A DNA stretch of 64,000 nucleotides from Cyanobacteria bacterium auto_48_18 (GCA_036170915.1 JAVHQC010000036.1:64001-128000); one strand, 5' to 3'; positions 8,866 through 19,344 are shown, counted from the stretch's first letter. Numbers and translations are program-made. The notes: generated by a model not told the origin, from the sequence alone.

Positions 8866-10230
8866 ATGCAGACACTAACTAATATCAAGAGGACGCTCGC
8901 CTTTTCCCTGGTTCTTGCAGGGGCGGTTGCCTTCTTTGCACCCTTAGCGTGGGCTGCTGCTGAGAACGATATGTCAGTAAGACCACTGGCAGGAACATTG
9001 AACAATACGGCCGTGCTTAATAGTAATTGCCCTGAACTGGTGACTGGTGAGGGCATTTTGGTATCAACACTGTGTGGAGACGGCCGCGACGTACCGCAAA
9101 ATCACCTGAATTTCAAATTTAAAAATGACTTTGCTCTCTTCTTTCACCATATCAATAAGCAGAGCGAGGAAGACGCCAAGAAGACACTTTACGTTAGCTG
9201 GATTGCTTTCAATCCGCAGAAAAAAGCTGCCAAATTAATCGTTTCTGAAGAAGCTTCTTATCTGAGCCAACCTGATGCTCCTTTCGTCGAACGTCCGGCT
9301 TTAGCTCCCGATCCCGATAATATTCTTTATTCAGGCCCAGGAGACAGACTGACAGCTGATTTTATTCATGGCGCAAGATCAGCACAAGATTTACCCCTGA
9401 CTGTAACTGTGCCGGCGGGCGAAATGGCCATCGTCAGGCAAATGGATGTGCCTGTGGCAGATTTAAAATTTCACCATAACGGCCGTTCATTTTATGCTCG
9501 CGGCAATATCCAAGGGGCTCTTAATATGGCCACCATTGCAACTTTTTCAGAGTTAGGCCCACCTTCGTTGGCAGAGCTTGAAGCACTATTGCAGCGCTCG
9601 CTTTTAGCTCAACCTAGAGAGTACGAAAAGCTGGCGCCTACACCGGATGATTTTAAAGGTCGTTTTGTTTATGGCCGAGTGGCCGGAGTGCAAAAGGGAG
9701 CAAAAATTGAAGCTGCCCACAGCGTCACTCTTAGTAAAGCCAGTGAGGTGACGCGCAATTTTCCCATCAGTGCGCTAGTTAAGGGAACATTCGGCACCGG
9801 CGAAATTCAAAGTGCACCGCTTTTGCGCCGCTACCCCGACACCGCATATAGTGCCCATGGTAACTACTGCGTTGATTATAAAGTCAACTTGACCATCCAC
9901 AATAAAGATTACATCAAACGCAAGCTCTATGTCGGTTTTGATTGCCCGCTTAAAACAGACATAGATGAAATGAAGTATGCCGAACTGCCTGAAAAAGCAG
10001 TATTTTTTCGCGGTTCGCTGAAAGTTTCATCTGAACAATATGAGCGCTTTTATCATTTTGTACTACACAAAGGAGAAGCGCTTGAGCCCTTTGAGAGTTT
10101 TGAAATCGAACCAGGGCAGACACGTACTGTCACCGTGGAACTATTTTATCCACCAGATGCGACACCACCCCAGCTGCTTAAATTTTACAGCCCGCAATCT
10201 GAAAGCGAAGTTTCACCAGGGGCGATTTGA
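8866..10230 (+). CDS. DUF3370-family exported protein
   Basis: Signal peptide; VRPLAG.L...NSN.PE...GILVST; YGRVAGVQ; AY.AHGNY; YPPDATPPQ. Confidence 0.8.
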   Translation: MQTLTNIKRTLAFSLVLAGAVAFFAPLAWAAAENDMSVRPLAGTLNNTAVLNSNCPELVTGEGILVSTLCGDGRDVPQNHLNFKFKNDFALFFHHINKQSEEDAKKTLYVSWIAFNPQKKAAKLIVSEEASYLSQPDAPFVERPALAPDPDNILYSGPGDRLTADFIHGARSAQDLPLTVTVPAGEMAIVRQMDVPVADLKFHHNGRSFYARGNIQGALNMATIATFSELGPPSLAELEALLQRSLLAQPREYEKLAPTPDDFKGRFVYGRVAGVQKGAKIEAAHSVTLSKASEVTRNFPISALVKGTFGTGEIQSAPLLRRYPDTAYSAHGNYCVDYKVNLTIHNKDYIKRKLYVGFDCPLKTDIDEMKYAELPEKAVFFRGSLKVSSEQYERFYHFVLHKGEALEPFESFEIEPGQTRTVTVELFYPPDATPPQLLKFYSPQSESEVSPGAI

Positions 10231-10243
10231 AAAGTACCAGATA

Positions 10244-11365
10244 CTAAGGCGCACTAGAATTTATTGCCTGATCGAGATCCTTCCAGAGATCGCTTGCATC
10301 CTCGATACCAACACTGATTCTCAAAAGTGCCGGCGGCAAATGACCTTGTCCAGGAATTGCCGCCCTGCGCTCAATAGTCGACTCGACTGCTCCCAAGCTG
10401 GTGGCATGTCTGATTAATTGCACGTTCTTGCAGACAGCATCTGCAAAATTTGCACTGCCTGCCACATCAAATGAAATTATGCTGCCAAAACCTTTAAGGA
10501 CTCTTTTAGCCGTTTCATGCGTTGCATGTGACGGTAGTCCTGGATAACGAACTTGGGTCACCAAGCCATGTCCGGAAAGTTTCTCAGCCAGAAATTGAGC
10601 CGTTTGCTGAGCCCGCTCCAGTCGCAGAGCCAAAGTGCGTACACCACGAACAGCCAAAAATGACTCAAGCGTGCCGGGAGTAGCCCCTGTCAATTCGCGA
10701 GATTTCCGCAAGCCATGCCACAGTGTTGCATCCCTTGTGGTGGCAACACCTGATAAAAGATCCGAGTGACCGCCAATGAATTTTGTCGCTGACTGTATCG
10801 AAACGGTGGCACCAAAATCGAGCGGTTGTTGGTTTAAGGGAGTTGCGAACGTATTGTCAACTGCTAAAATCGCTCCTGGTTTGCGAGGCGACGTACAGAT
10901 TTTGTCGATATCGACAACCGCGAGCAGCGGATTTGACGGAGACTCAAGCCAAACAAGGTCGGCGTTTACGCAGGCGTTGATCCAACCTTGTGTGTCTTCC
11001 ACAGGTATCCGTAATACTTTCCAGCGCCCTTTTTCCGCACCCGAAAGCACCAGGCCTGCTACACCCTGATAGCAGTCGTCCGGAAGTGCAACTACGGCTC
11101 CAATCGTAAGCTGGTCAAAAACTGCAGCTATAGCAGCCATACCCGAAGAAAAAGCGACCGCTTTGCCTGTCTCAAGCCCGCCTACGATATCTTCCAGGGC
11201 CTCCCAGGTTGGTGTGCCATCATCGCGAGAATATTCGCGTCCGCTGCCTATAATGAAGTTTGATGCTGGCACCATCGGAACGTTCAATGGTGACCCGGCT
11301 TCCAAAAACCTGCCAGCTCCAACAAGCCAGGACGCCGGTTGAATTTCTGAGGGACGCTTTTTCAA
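10244..11365 (-). CDS. PLP-dependent trans-sulfuration enzyme (cystathionine gamma-synthase/lyase family)
   Basis: FSSGMAA, WLESPSNP, VDNTFATP, SATKFIGGHSD, TSLGAVES, LRISVGIE; start taken as the TTG overlapping the upstream stop (track gives 11416). Confidence 0.9.
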   Translation of the reverse strand: MKKRPSEIQPASWLVGAGRFLEAGSPLNVPMVPASNFIIGSGREYSRDDGTPTWEALEDIVGGLETGKAVAFSSGMAAIAAVFDQLTIGAVVALPDDCYQGVAGLVLSGAEKGRWKVLRIPVEDTQGWINACVNADLVWLESPSNPLLAVVDIDKICTSPRKPGAILAVDNTFATPLNQQPLDFGATVSIQSATKFIGGHSDLLSGVATTRDATLWHGLRKSRELTGATPGTLESFLAVRGVRTLALRLERAQQTAQFLAEKLSGHGLVTQVRYPGLPSHATHETAKRVLKGFGSIISFDVAGSANFADAVCKNVQLIRHATSLGAVESTIERRAAIPGQGHLPPALLRISVGIEDASDLWKDLDQAINSSAP

Positions 11366-12891
11366 TTTGATACTCCAGAATATGTCTCTAATAATCCCTT
11401 TTCTTCCCGCCGCCACCAGTGGCCGGTTTTAAAGATAGTTGCTGGGGTCTCCAACTTATAATTGAAGATTCTTACACGCAAAAATTTGGGTGGCTCTTGA
11501 TTAAAAGGATTAGTCTGCACCAAACTCAAGACACTCTTGTCGTTGCGAGATAAGGCGCTAAGAAAGCTAACAAACCAGCGGCTTGGCTGCATTCCAGCCT
11601 GAGCATTGAGTGCTTCGAACCAGAGTTGCCAATCAAGACGTGGCATGTGTGGCGCTACTACCGGCAGTGGCCTATCGAGAGCGCCGATTTTGTAATGAAA
11701 TTCATATGCTCTGTAGTTCGTACCGTCGCTACTGCCTTCAATAATTAGCTCAGGCCGCTCCCTGGTCATGCTGGCAAAGAGGCCATAGCCTGCTGATATG
11801 CCCCAGCTCTGGCACAATGAATATGCAAATCTGGCTGGAGCAGGCAACATGTAGAAAAATTCACGGCCTGACGTAGTTAAGGCCAGGCTTATCGAGCTCG
11901 CAAATACAATAATGGTCATGGCCGGATAAACCATTAGCTTTTCCAGCACGATAAGACCCTTGCCGCTATTGTCTTTAAATGAAGCCGATTGACCAAGAAG
12001 CCAGTTTTGCAGCCATGTGAGGCGCAAAGTAGTCAAAAATTTCTCCAGATCTTTTTCTTGCAGCCAGGAGAGTGTCAGGGCGAAACTCAATAGATTGAAA
12101 AATCCGTAATTGCCAGAACAAGCAATGGCAACTTGCAAAAGACAAAAGAGAATTGCGGCAAATCGGCGCAGGGTAGCGGTGGTAAAGAGCAAGAAGGGCA
12201 CAAGCACTTCGATTATTAGAGTTGCCGCACAAGCCGCTTGGCTCACTAGAAGTGGCATCTGCTGACAAAATATAGATAGTGGCGTTGGTAGTGGCTGCGT
12301 TTCAAAATGATAGGTGAGCGCGGTTAGACTGAGCCAGCTCGAATCATTTGCCGGCTCAGTAAAAAGCTTGACGTAACCAGATGAGAACATTAAGCGGAAA
12401 GTTAACCAGGCAAGCGCTAAAACGGCCAGGTTGCGGCTTTTGGATGAAAAAGAGAAGAGTTGACTGCGGCCGAGAAAAATGGAAATGAATCCACTTTCAA
12501 GCAAAAGCATGTCCCATTGAAAAGAGAGAAAATCTTGGCCCACTGAAACTATAGACAAATAGCAAAGATAAAGTGCAAGGAGCACAAAGGGCTCAAGCAC
12601 TGCAAAGAAGAGCATCAGCGAGAGCAAACATCCCACCACCGTGACAGCTAGAAGAGTATTGAAATGCGGAGCAAAAAGTAAAAAGGAGGGCGAGCTGAGT
12701 AAGCCAGGCACAATAATATTCTGCTGTGATTGCGCTGCCTGTGCAAACAATGCCGTCACCGGAGCAATGCCTTGATCTCCATACAACCCTTGTAGTTGCG
12801 GCAGCAGCGAGGCAAAAGCACAGAAGTAGACTACTGCTAGAAGTCGCAGATATAGAGCAATAATCAGATCTGGAGATTTTTGCAGAATCAA
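11362..12891 (-). CDS. Lipase maturation factor (LMF) family membrane protein
   Basis: GQDFLSFQWDMLLLESGF; FRLMFSSGYVKL; YHFETQPLPTP; RPELIIEGS; PHMPRLDWQLWF. Confidence 0.92.
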   Translation of the reverse strand: MILQKSPDLIIALYLRLLAVVYFCAFASLLPQLQGLYGDQGIAPVTALFAQAAQSQQNIIVPGLLSSPSFLLFAPHFNTLLAVTVVGCLLSLMLFFAVLEPFVLLALYLCYLSIVSVGQDFLSFQWDMLLLESGFISIFLGRSQLFSFSSKSRNLAVLALAWLTFRLMFSSGYVKLFTEPANDSSWLSLTALTYHFETQPLPTPLSIFCQQMPLLVSQAACAATLIIEVLVPFLLFTTATLRRFAAILFCLLQVAIACSGNYGFFNLLSFALTLSWLQEKDLEKFLTTLRLTWLQNWLLGQSASFKDNSGKGLIVLEKLMVYPAMTIIVFASSISLALTTSGREFFYMLPAPARFAYSLCQSWGISAGYGLFASMTRERPELIIEGSSDGTNYRAYEFHYKIGALDRPLPVVAPHMPRLDWQLWFEALNAQAGMQPSRWFVSFLSALSRNDKSVLSLVQTNPFNQEPPKFLRVRIFNYKLETPATIFKTGHWWRREEKGLLETYSGVSN

Positions 12892-13409
12892 TTTAAAAGA
12901 GCGGTGCCGTTGTTATAAATTTTGGGCCACATAGCTTTAAGCCAATAAGTAAAGTGATCAGGGTTGGCTTGCATTGCACTGTCTAATTGGGCCAGTGAAA
13001 ACCAGCGCCAGTCCATTACCTCAGCACTATTGGGCATGGCATCGCCGCTAAAGCGGCCAAGAAATACGTGATCAAATTCGTGTTCAATCAACCCTTTGTC
13101 GAGTTGCACCTGATAAATAAACGAAAAAGCAAATTGTAAATCGGCGATGATACCCATCTCAAATTGCAAGCGAATAGCAGCAGCATCAACTGTGGTTTGA
13201 CCCGGCTCAGGATGCGTGCAACAGGTATTGCTCCACTTACCTGGCGAATGATATTTTTCCATAGCGCGTTGCTGCAATAATATTTCGCCTTGATCATTGA
13301 AAATGATTACTGACACAGCTCGGTGTAGCCGACCTGTCTGGTGAGCCAGCAGCTTCTCTGACTGCCCTAGCTCTTGGTCTAGAGTGTCAACCAGAATTAC
13401 ATCGGTCAT
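12888..13409 (-). CDS. idi: Isopentenyl-diphosphate delta-isomerase, type 1
   Basis: LHRAVSV...LLQQRA..KYHSPG.WSNTCCTHP; EHEFDHVF. Confidence 0.95.
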   Translation of the reverse strand: MTDVILVDTLDQELGQSEKLLAHQTGRLHRAVSVIIFNDQGEILLQQRAMEKYHSPGKWSNTCCTHPEPGQTTVDAAAIRLQFEMGIIADLQFAFSFIYQVQLDKGLIEHEFDHVFLGRFSGDAMPNSAEVMDWRWFSLAQLDSAMQANPDHFTYWLKAMWPKIYNNGTALLN

Positions 13410-14518
13410 GGTTTGCCCACTTTATCTAGCCAGGCTGTCAAACGAGTAAAAGCAGTAGATTTAGAGTCGACGGAAACATTCGCCGATATCGGGGGCGAAA
13501 TGCTGCTGCTCTTTTCAGGGCTTTTTGCGCGACCAAGTGCGTTGAGTGCATGGAATGTCAGCTCTCTAAAAATTTGGAAGTCAGATTCATCCCATTTTCC
13601 GGAGGCAGTGGGCACCAGCGTTTCCATTTGCCGAACGGTTTCTAAAGACAACTGATTGTTGTCTACAAAATTAGCTATGTGAGACGCTAAGATGGTAGTC
13701 GCTTTCTGCAAGAATTCTGCCTCTGTCTGACCATGCAAAGGCAGCCTGTTTTGGAAAAGCTTCATCAGCCTGATGGTGTCCACAGCGTGCAGCATATGCC
13801 TAGCATTGGCTGTGGAAGTTGAAGCAGCATGGAATCTAAAATCGCACAATTCTTGATCGACAAAATAATATTGGCCGCCGTTAATTATCCGCAACCAATA
13901 CTCGAGATCACCCAGCTGATGAAATTTAGTATTGAAACCATCACCAACTAAATTGCTGCGAAATGCCACCGTACATGGTTCGCCAATAAAATTATCAATA
14001 TAAAGCAAAGAAGCTTTGATTACTTCGTCGGCGCTGACAGGCGTATTGACGGGAAAATACTTGGAGGCTGAATTGACCATGCCTTCCAGATTGATGGCAG
14101 CGCCAGACTCGTTTATCCAGCGACGTTTGACACTAACTAAGGCTACATCAGAAAAGTTTGTCAGTACATCATGTACCACATTCAGCATGTTAGCGTGAAG
14201 AATATCGTCTTGGGCAAAAGGTTTTACTACTGGTGCTTTTGCCAATTTGAGACAGGCATTGTAATTGGCGAACAAACCAAGATTGGTGGAGTTGCTTGAC
14301 CAGCGAATGCGCTTGTCTTGTTGACCATAGCGATCAATTATTTCAACAGAATTATCAGTGGAAGCATCGTCGCAGATGATCAACTCAAAATCACTAAGAG
14401 TCTGAGCTTGAATGCTTTCAATAGCTTCGTTCAAATATTTGGCGCCGTTATAAACCGGCATACAAACAGAAACTAATGGTGGCATTGTCTTTCCTTTAAA
14501 TGCATCATATAAGGTCAA
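13406..14518 (-). CDS. Glycosyltransferase family 2
   Basis: VSVCMPVYNGAKYL.EAIES...FELIICDDASTDNS; QDD; DLEYWLR. Confidence 0.9.
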   Translation of the reverse strand: MTLYDAFKGKTMPPLVSVCMPVYNGAKYLNEAIESIQAQTLSDFELIICDDASTDNSVEIIDRYGQQDKRIRWSSNSTNLGLFANYNACLKLAKAPVVKPFAQDDILHANMLNVVHDVLTNFSDVALVSVKRRWINESGAAINLEGMVNSASKYFPVNTPVSADEVIKASLLYIDNFIGEPCTVAFRSNLVGDGFNTKFHQLGDLEYWLRIINGGQYYFVDQELCDFRFHAASTSTANARHMLHAVDTIRLMKLFQNRLPLHGQTEAEFLQKATTILASHIANFVDNNQLSLETVRQMETLVPTASGKWDESDFQIFRELTFHALNALGRAKSPEKSSSISPPISANVSVDSKSTAFTRLTAWLDKVGKP

Positions 14519-14554
14519 AGGCTGCCGGTCATGAACCTCAGTTTAGAATCTAAT

Positions 14555-16069
14555 CTAATGTTCTTCAAGTTGTCTATTGCGCCCTTTGCAGTACCAGAAT
14601 ATGGGTATGCCAGCTAGAAGTATGACCAGGCCTGTCAATTGCGCTACCCAGTGAACACAAACAAAGGCTGCATAAGCCCAGACAGACATTGCGATGAGAG
14701 CCATCACCCAGGCTAGCAAATTGCCACTCTTGCCGATTCTAAAGGGCCTGGCGAGGTCAGGATCAGTATGACGAAGGCTGATCAGGCAAAATCCGTAGAG
14801 AATTGCCACAAAGGCGTACATAAATCCAAAAGTATCACCAAGGAAAGCGTAGGCATCAGGAAATAACTTAGTTCGCGCTACCAGATTTGCTCCGATGGCA
14901 ATAAGTGAGATAAACCAGAACTGGAACCACAATGAATATTTCGGCACCTGAGTGATTGGGTCAAGTTGGGCAAATTGAGAAGGAAAAAGTTTAGTTTCAG
15001 CCATGGAGTAGCTTACTCTCGCTGCTCCCAACAAGGCGGTAAAGCCGCAGCCAACGATGGATGCCACCACGCAGGCACTAAATAACTGACCGCAAAAGGC
15101 GCCACCCAGCCAACCGGCGAGGGCAGGGCAAGTCGCCTGCACTGTAGTACCAGGTACAAGCAGGGTGCTCTTATCGCCACTGAGCTCATATGGCGTACAA
15201 ACGCTCACGCTCAAACACATAATCAGATAAATTGCGGTGATTGATAGCAAAGTCAGGATCAGACCTCTAGGCACGCTGCTTTTGGCATCGGCCGTTTCAG
15301 ATGAGACACAGCACGATAACTCCAGAAATGAGAAACCGGCCATAGCAAGCATCAGTACCGAAGAAACGTTGGCAAAAAAGTCGCTGCCACCACTCGGATT
15401 TGAAAAATTCAAAGCATACTTAAATGACCATTGAGGCGAAGTAAAAACTAAGACTGCAAAAAGCACCACCATACCAAGTTTCATAATGGTAAAGATGTTG
15501 CTGGCACGGCTGGCTTTGCCTATGGGTAAAAGATTGAGAAAGGTGGTGGCACCAAAGAGGGCCAGAATTACTAAGGGCCCGAACCAGAGCGGAGTTTCTC
15601 CACTGCCCCAGATATTAGAGCCGAGTAAATTAGTCAAACCATTAGCCATACAGGCAAGGCCAACAATTAGTGATGACCAGAACAACCAACCCGTGAGAAA
15701 GCCTAAAAGCTCACCACTGGCTGGAAACACTCTTTTGAGAGCGTAATACTTAAATACATATGGCCCACCAGCAGTGGGAAACATGGAGGATAGCTCCATC
15801 AAAATCAAAGTCAAAGGCAATGACAAAACACCGGCCAAGAGCCAGGCGAACAGACAGGCGGCTGTGCCAGATCTTGCCAACATGGGGCCATGCATAAGCC
15901 AAGCCATTGAGCCAATAATGGTGCCAACACCGAGCATCCATGAGCCGAAAGAACTGATGCCGATCTTCAGGTTGGCACCAATTTGCAGTGGTGACAAACT
16001 TTTGCTTGCCGAAAGATCAGGTCCAAGCTCATCGGACATAGAATGTAAAGCTCCGCCACTATCTGGCAA
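14555..16069 (-). CDS. APC-family amino acid permease
   Basis: GTIIGS; ELSSMFPTAGGPY; about 12 TM helices; LRHTDPDLARPFR. Confidence 0.88.
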   Translation of the reverse strand: MPDSGGALHSMSDELGPDLSASKSLSPLQIGANLKIGISSFGSWMLGVGTIIGSMAWLMHGPMLARSGTAACLFAWLLAGVLSLPLTLILMELSSMFPTAGGPYVFKYYALKRVFPASGELLGFLTGWLFWSSLIVGLACMANGLTNLLGSNIWGSGETPLWFGPLVILALFGATTFLNLLPIGKASRASNIFTIMKLGMVVLFAVLVFTSPQWSFKYALNFSNPSGGSDFFANVSSVLMLAMAGFSFLELSCCVSSETADAKSSVPRGLILTLLSITAIYLIMCLSVSVCTPYELSGDKSTLLVPGTTVQATCPALAGWLGGAFCGQLFSACVVASIVGCGFTALLGAARVSYSMAETKLFPSQFAQLDPITQVPKYSLWFQFWFISLIAIGANLVARTKLFPDAYAFLGDTFGFMYAFVAILYGFCLISLRHTDPDLARPFRIGKSGNLLAWVMALIAMSVWAYAAFVCVHWVAQLTGLVILLAGIPIFWYCKGRNRQLEEH

Positions 16070-16080
16070 ACAATTTTACC

Positions 16081-17802
16081 CTAAGCATTATCACTCAGGC
16101 AGGCAAAATCATATCTTAGCGATTTGCCGATTTCATCGGTGGAAAGAGTCGCTGTGTCGCGCGGCAATAGTTTACTCATAGCAGCAGGACTACCGGCTAC
16201 GATTAGCTTCTGGCTTACCCTTCCAGCCAGCAGATACGTAAAATATTGCAGTTTCCACTCAGTCAACTTTTCAATAACAGGGTCAAGTCCAATTAAGATC
16301 ACCACCTTGGCGGTCAGCGCTCTAAACTGAAATAGAGAGGTCTCGAGAACAGTTGGTTTTCCTTGTGGTTTACTCAATTGACGACTGCTTTTCAATCTGC
16401 CGTCAAATTTGAAGCGCCGACTGCATTTTTCATTTCCGGCATGCAGAATGACGATATCACTGGCAGTATAGCCAGACGAAATCAGATCGCTAACAAGAAA
16501 CTCGACTGTTTCACACAACTCACCATCATTTCGAGTCTCATAAAGCTCCATTATTTCTCGGACGTTTGGTTTTCGATCAGGTAAAAGCATTTGCTCTAGA
16601 TCTAAAGTTCTTTTTGCAGTCGGTACCAGACTGAGACGATTGAAGGCCAGTAGTTGCGGATCGTAGAAATAGAGATAAAGCCCTTTGACGTTGTCTTTCA
16701 AACAGTGTTTGAGTGCTCGCCACATACTTGGACCGAAACAATGTCCTTCAATGGCAATTACTACATCGAACTGAATCTCTGGTCGCAATTGTGATGCTTC
16801 AACTAATAATTCAGGAAAGATTTCATTGAAAATTCTTGTACTGATGTATTTGGGAGTTTTCAAACTTGCAGCCTGAGCCGCCCAGTGACACAGTGCGTGA
16901 AAGGTCGATATTGTCAGTTCACCAGCCTGAAGAAGTTTTTCATTGTTTTCAAGATCAATGGCATATTGTTGACGTAGATGAACAGCTAACATGCGTGAGT
17001 GATTGACGAGTAAAACTTTCTTACCCGCAGCTGAAAGCTTCATGGCCAGACCATAAGCAATCTCGGTTTCGCCAATGCCATTGCCGCCGCATATATTTAT
17101 TGTGCTCACGTCTTCAGTCAGCATGCTTAGTTCATGCACCAGATTTGTCATCTTTCTATTTTGCCACTCTGGCTCAATTGAGGGCTTCTCAAGCTGATCG
17201 TCCGATGCAAAAAGCTCGGCTGCTCGCCGCTGCGCTCTTAAAACTTGATAGAGAGCTGAGCGCATGAATTTTGCCACTAGATCACTAAGCAGGCCTTCAA
17301 CCAGATCGCGCACTATCTTTGACTGCAGTCTCGCTTTTAACCTGATCAAAGTTTGTCTGGTTTCAAGAGCTGTCAGTCGCAATCTAAAGGCTATAGAACT
17401 ATTAGAACATGACTGACGACCATAAAATCCATAAAGCAATCTGGCCACCGTAAATAGACGTTTGCCTTCGTCAGTGGTGCCCATCTGCTTACTTAGTTGC
17501 TCAAACAATTCAGGACAAACCGGCGCATAATCGAGGTGTTTGAGAATTTGCACAGTAAGTGATTCACAGCCGATTTTCTCTAAAAGCATGTCAAATGTCA
17601 TTGGCGTATCGTAAATAGCGCTGAGCATGCGTTCAAAGGCTCTTAGCTGCACCATCTGCGCCAGATTCTTGATGATCACCGGTGCTGTTGATTGATCAAA
17701 TAACTCCGTGGGCAGTGGCTGAAGAGTCTCTGTATCTCTGTAATCATCAGAAGCTAACGCAGCACCAGCATGGGCGGTGAGAATTTCGACCATAATGTAC
17801 AC
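16081..17802 (-). CDS. Degenerate SF1 (UvrD-like) helicase-fold protein
   Basis: SF1 motif order retained but altered: GGNGIGET, STFHALC, DVVIAIEGH, YDPQ, SLFQFRAL...VVIL, YLLAGRV. Confidence 0.65.
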   Translation of the reverse strand: MYIMVEILTAHAGAALASDDYRDTETLQPLPTELFDQSTAPVIIKNLAQMVQLRAFERMLSAIYDTPMTFDMLLEKIGCESLTVQILKHLDYAPVCPELFEQLSKQMGTTDEGKRLFTVARLLYGFYGRQSCSNSSIAFRLRLTALETRQTLIRLKARLQSKIVRDLVEGLLSDLVAKFMRSALYQVLRAQRRAAELFASDDQLEKPSIEPEWQNRKMTNLVHELSMLTEDVSTINICGGNGIGETEIAYGLAMKLSAAGKKVLLVNHSRMLAVHLRQQYAIDLENNEKLLQAGELTISTFHALCHWAAQAASLKTPKYISTRIFNEIFPELLVEASQLRPEIQFDVVIAIEGHCFGPSMWRALKHCLKDNVKGLYLYFYDPQLLAFNRLSLVPTAKRTLDLEQMLLPDRKPNVREIMELYETRNDGELCETVEFLVSDLISSGYTASDIVILHAGNEKCSRRFKFDGRLKSSRQLSKPQGKPTVLETSLFQFRALTAKVVILIGLDPVIEKLTEWKLQYFTYLLAGRVSQKLIVAGSPAAMSKLLPRDTATLSTDEIGKSLRYDFACLSDNA

Positions 17803-17849
17803 CCCTCAGTCAACATAATTACTGATGCTAAGGGTGAGCATGCTTAAGG

Positions 17850-17871
17850 ACACTGTGCATAAGCACAGTGT
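17850..17871. terminator. Intergenic hairpin ACACTGTGC-ATAA-GCACAGTGT; possible terminator or operator
   Basis: Perfect 9-bp inverted repeat just downstream of the 17896 gene; weak U-tract. Confidence 0.45.
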
Positions 17872-17895
17872 TATAGGAGCAATCTTTTATCGTTT

Positions 17896-19104
17896 CTAAT
17901 TATTGTGTGTTTTTTTCTTACTCTGCTTTTGAGCATCTGCTTCGGCTTGAAGCTTTTGCTCGATGGTCATAGAAGCTGACTCAGGAGCAGGAATGGCTGC
18001 GGGAACAATTTTTGAATCCTTATTGTTGCCGGTAACCTGATTTTCGATGGTCATTTTATTTTCTAAACTAGTTTTGTTATCTGCATTAGTTTTAGCTTCT
18101 GAATTAGTTTTAGCTTCGCTATCGACTTTTGTTTCAGCGCTGACTTTAGTTTCTTGATTCTCGGTTTTTTTGTCACCAGCGGCAACAGAAGCTGATTCAG
18201 ATGCAGTGAAGTGACTTTGAATGGCAGCGGCTTCGTCAGGTTTTCCGTTTTTTGTCAGCAAAGCTGAATATGATTTCACCAGTCTGGTTTGAATGTCGCT
18301 ATAACCCGCTTTGTTTCTGTCAATCTTATCGAGTGTTTCCACCAGACCACTGTAAAGACTCGCGGCATCAGCTTTGCCTGCGGCGTTGGCGACATCGGCC
18401 CATTCTAATCTAGCTTTGAGCGCATCAGTGCTGGTGGCACCGAATTGTCGCTCTTTAATTTGTGCTACCTGCTGAAAGAATGGCACTGCCTCTTTCTGGC
18501 TACCTGTGGTGTTGTACAGAATTCCTAATTTGGCCAGGGTGTCAAGGCGCTGATAACTGCCTGAGCCGTCTTGTTTGGTGATGTAAATCAGTGCGTTTTT
18601 GTAGCAAGACTCAGCTTGAGAAGTATGTTTCTGCTGTGCATAAACGTCACCAAGTAAGGTAAGCATTTGCGGCATGGCCGTATCACTGTAGCCCCAGATG
18701 GAATTACGAATGCCGATGGCGTCACGCAATAATGCCTCAGCCATTTTTAAATCTGGCGGTTTGGCTGCCATTTTGGATTTGGCTTGTTCAAACTCTTTGA
18801 CTGTTTTAGCACCTAACATTGCGGCCTTTTTAGGGTCGATGGTGGCATTGCCTAGTGCGTCAACCGACATGGCTGAGTTGCTGACACTGGCGGCTTGTGG
18901 TGTCATCCCTGGTACCATACGATATGGACTGGTCATGGCGTTTACTGTTGCCGGTGATGGGATACCTTTAGGCATTGCCATGAGCCCACCATATTCCATC
19001 ATGGCTTGCGCTCTAGCGGCTTGTACACCTAAAAATTGACAGCTGATTAGATTCGCTGTGGCTAGTAAAATCAGGCTTTTGGACACATCCCTGGTCATCG
19101 TCAC
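17896..19104 (-). CDS. Exported TPR-repeat protein with a repetitive C-terminal tail
   Basis: Kinesin-light-chain-like TPRs (LGDVYAQQ...AESCYKNAL); roughly 6-aa KTxxE repeats; probable ATG start at 19098. Confidence 0.8.
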   Translation of the reverse strand: MTMTRDVSKSLILLATANLISCQFLGVQAARAQAMMEYGGLMAMPKGIPSPATVNAMTSPYRMVPGMTPQAASVSNSAMSVDALGNATIDPKKAAMLGAKTVKEFEQAKSKMAAKPPDLKMAEALLRDAIGIRNSIWGYSDTAMPQMLTLLGDVYAQQKHTSQAESCYKNALIYITKQDGSGSYQRLDTLAKLGILYNTTGSQKEAVPFFQQVAQIKERQFGATSTDALKARLEWADVANAAGKADAASLYSGLVETLDKIDRNKAGYSDIQTRLVKSYSALLTKNGKPDEAAAIQSHFTASESASVAAGDKKTENQETKVSAETKVDSEAKTNSEAKTNADNKTSLENKMTIENQVTGNNKDSKIVPAAIPAPESASMTIEQKLQAEADAQKQSKKKTHNN

Positions 19105-19108
19105 TCCT

Positions 19109-19153
19109 TTTAGCTGCGAACATTTTAGCTGCCAAAATCTTAACTGCCAACAT
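19109..19153. repeat. Intergenic 15-bp tandem repeat x3
   Basis: TTTAGCTGCGAACAT TTTAGCTGCCAAAAT CTTAACTGCCAACAT adjoining the RBS of the TPR gene. Confidence 0.75.
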
Positions 19154-19344
19154 CAACATGGACAGCATAAACAGCACAGACAAATTATGCCCTGCATTGG
19201 CGTGGTTTATCTTATTTATACTCTTCCCGGTCCTTAGTTACACTCTTGATTAAGACTGTGCTGAAAACCTGCTGCACATATTGCTAGTGGGTACAATAAA
19301 GTGTCGAATCAATTCACAGTTTCACAATTTCTACAGGTAGCATT

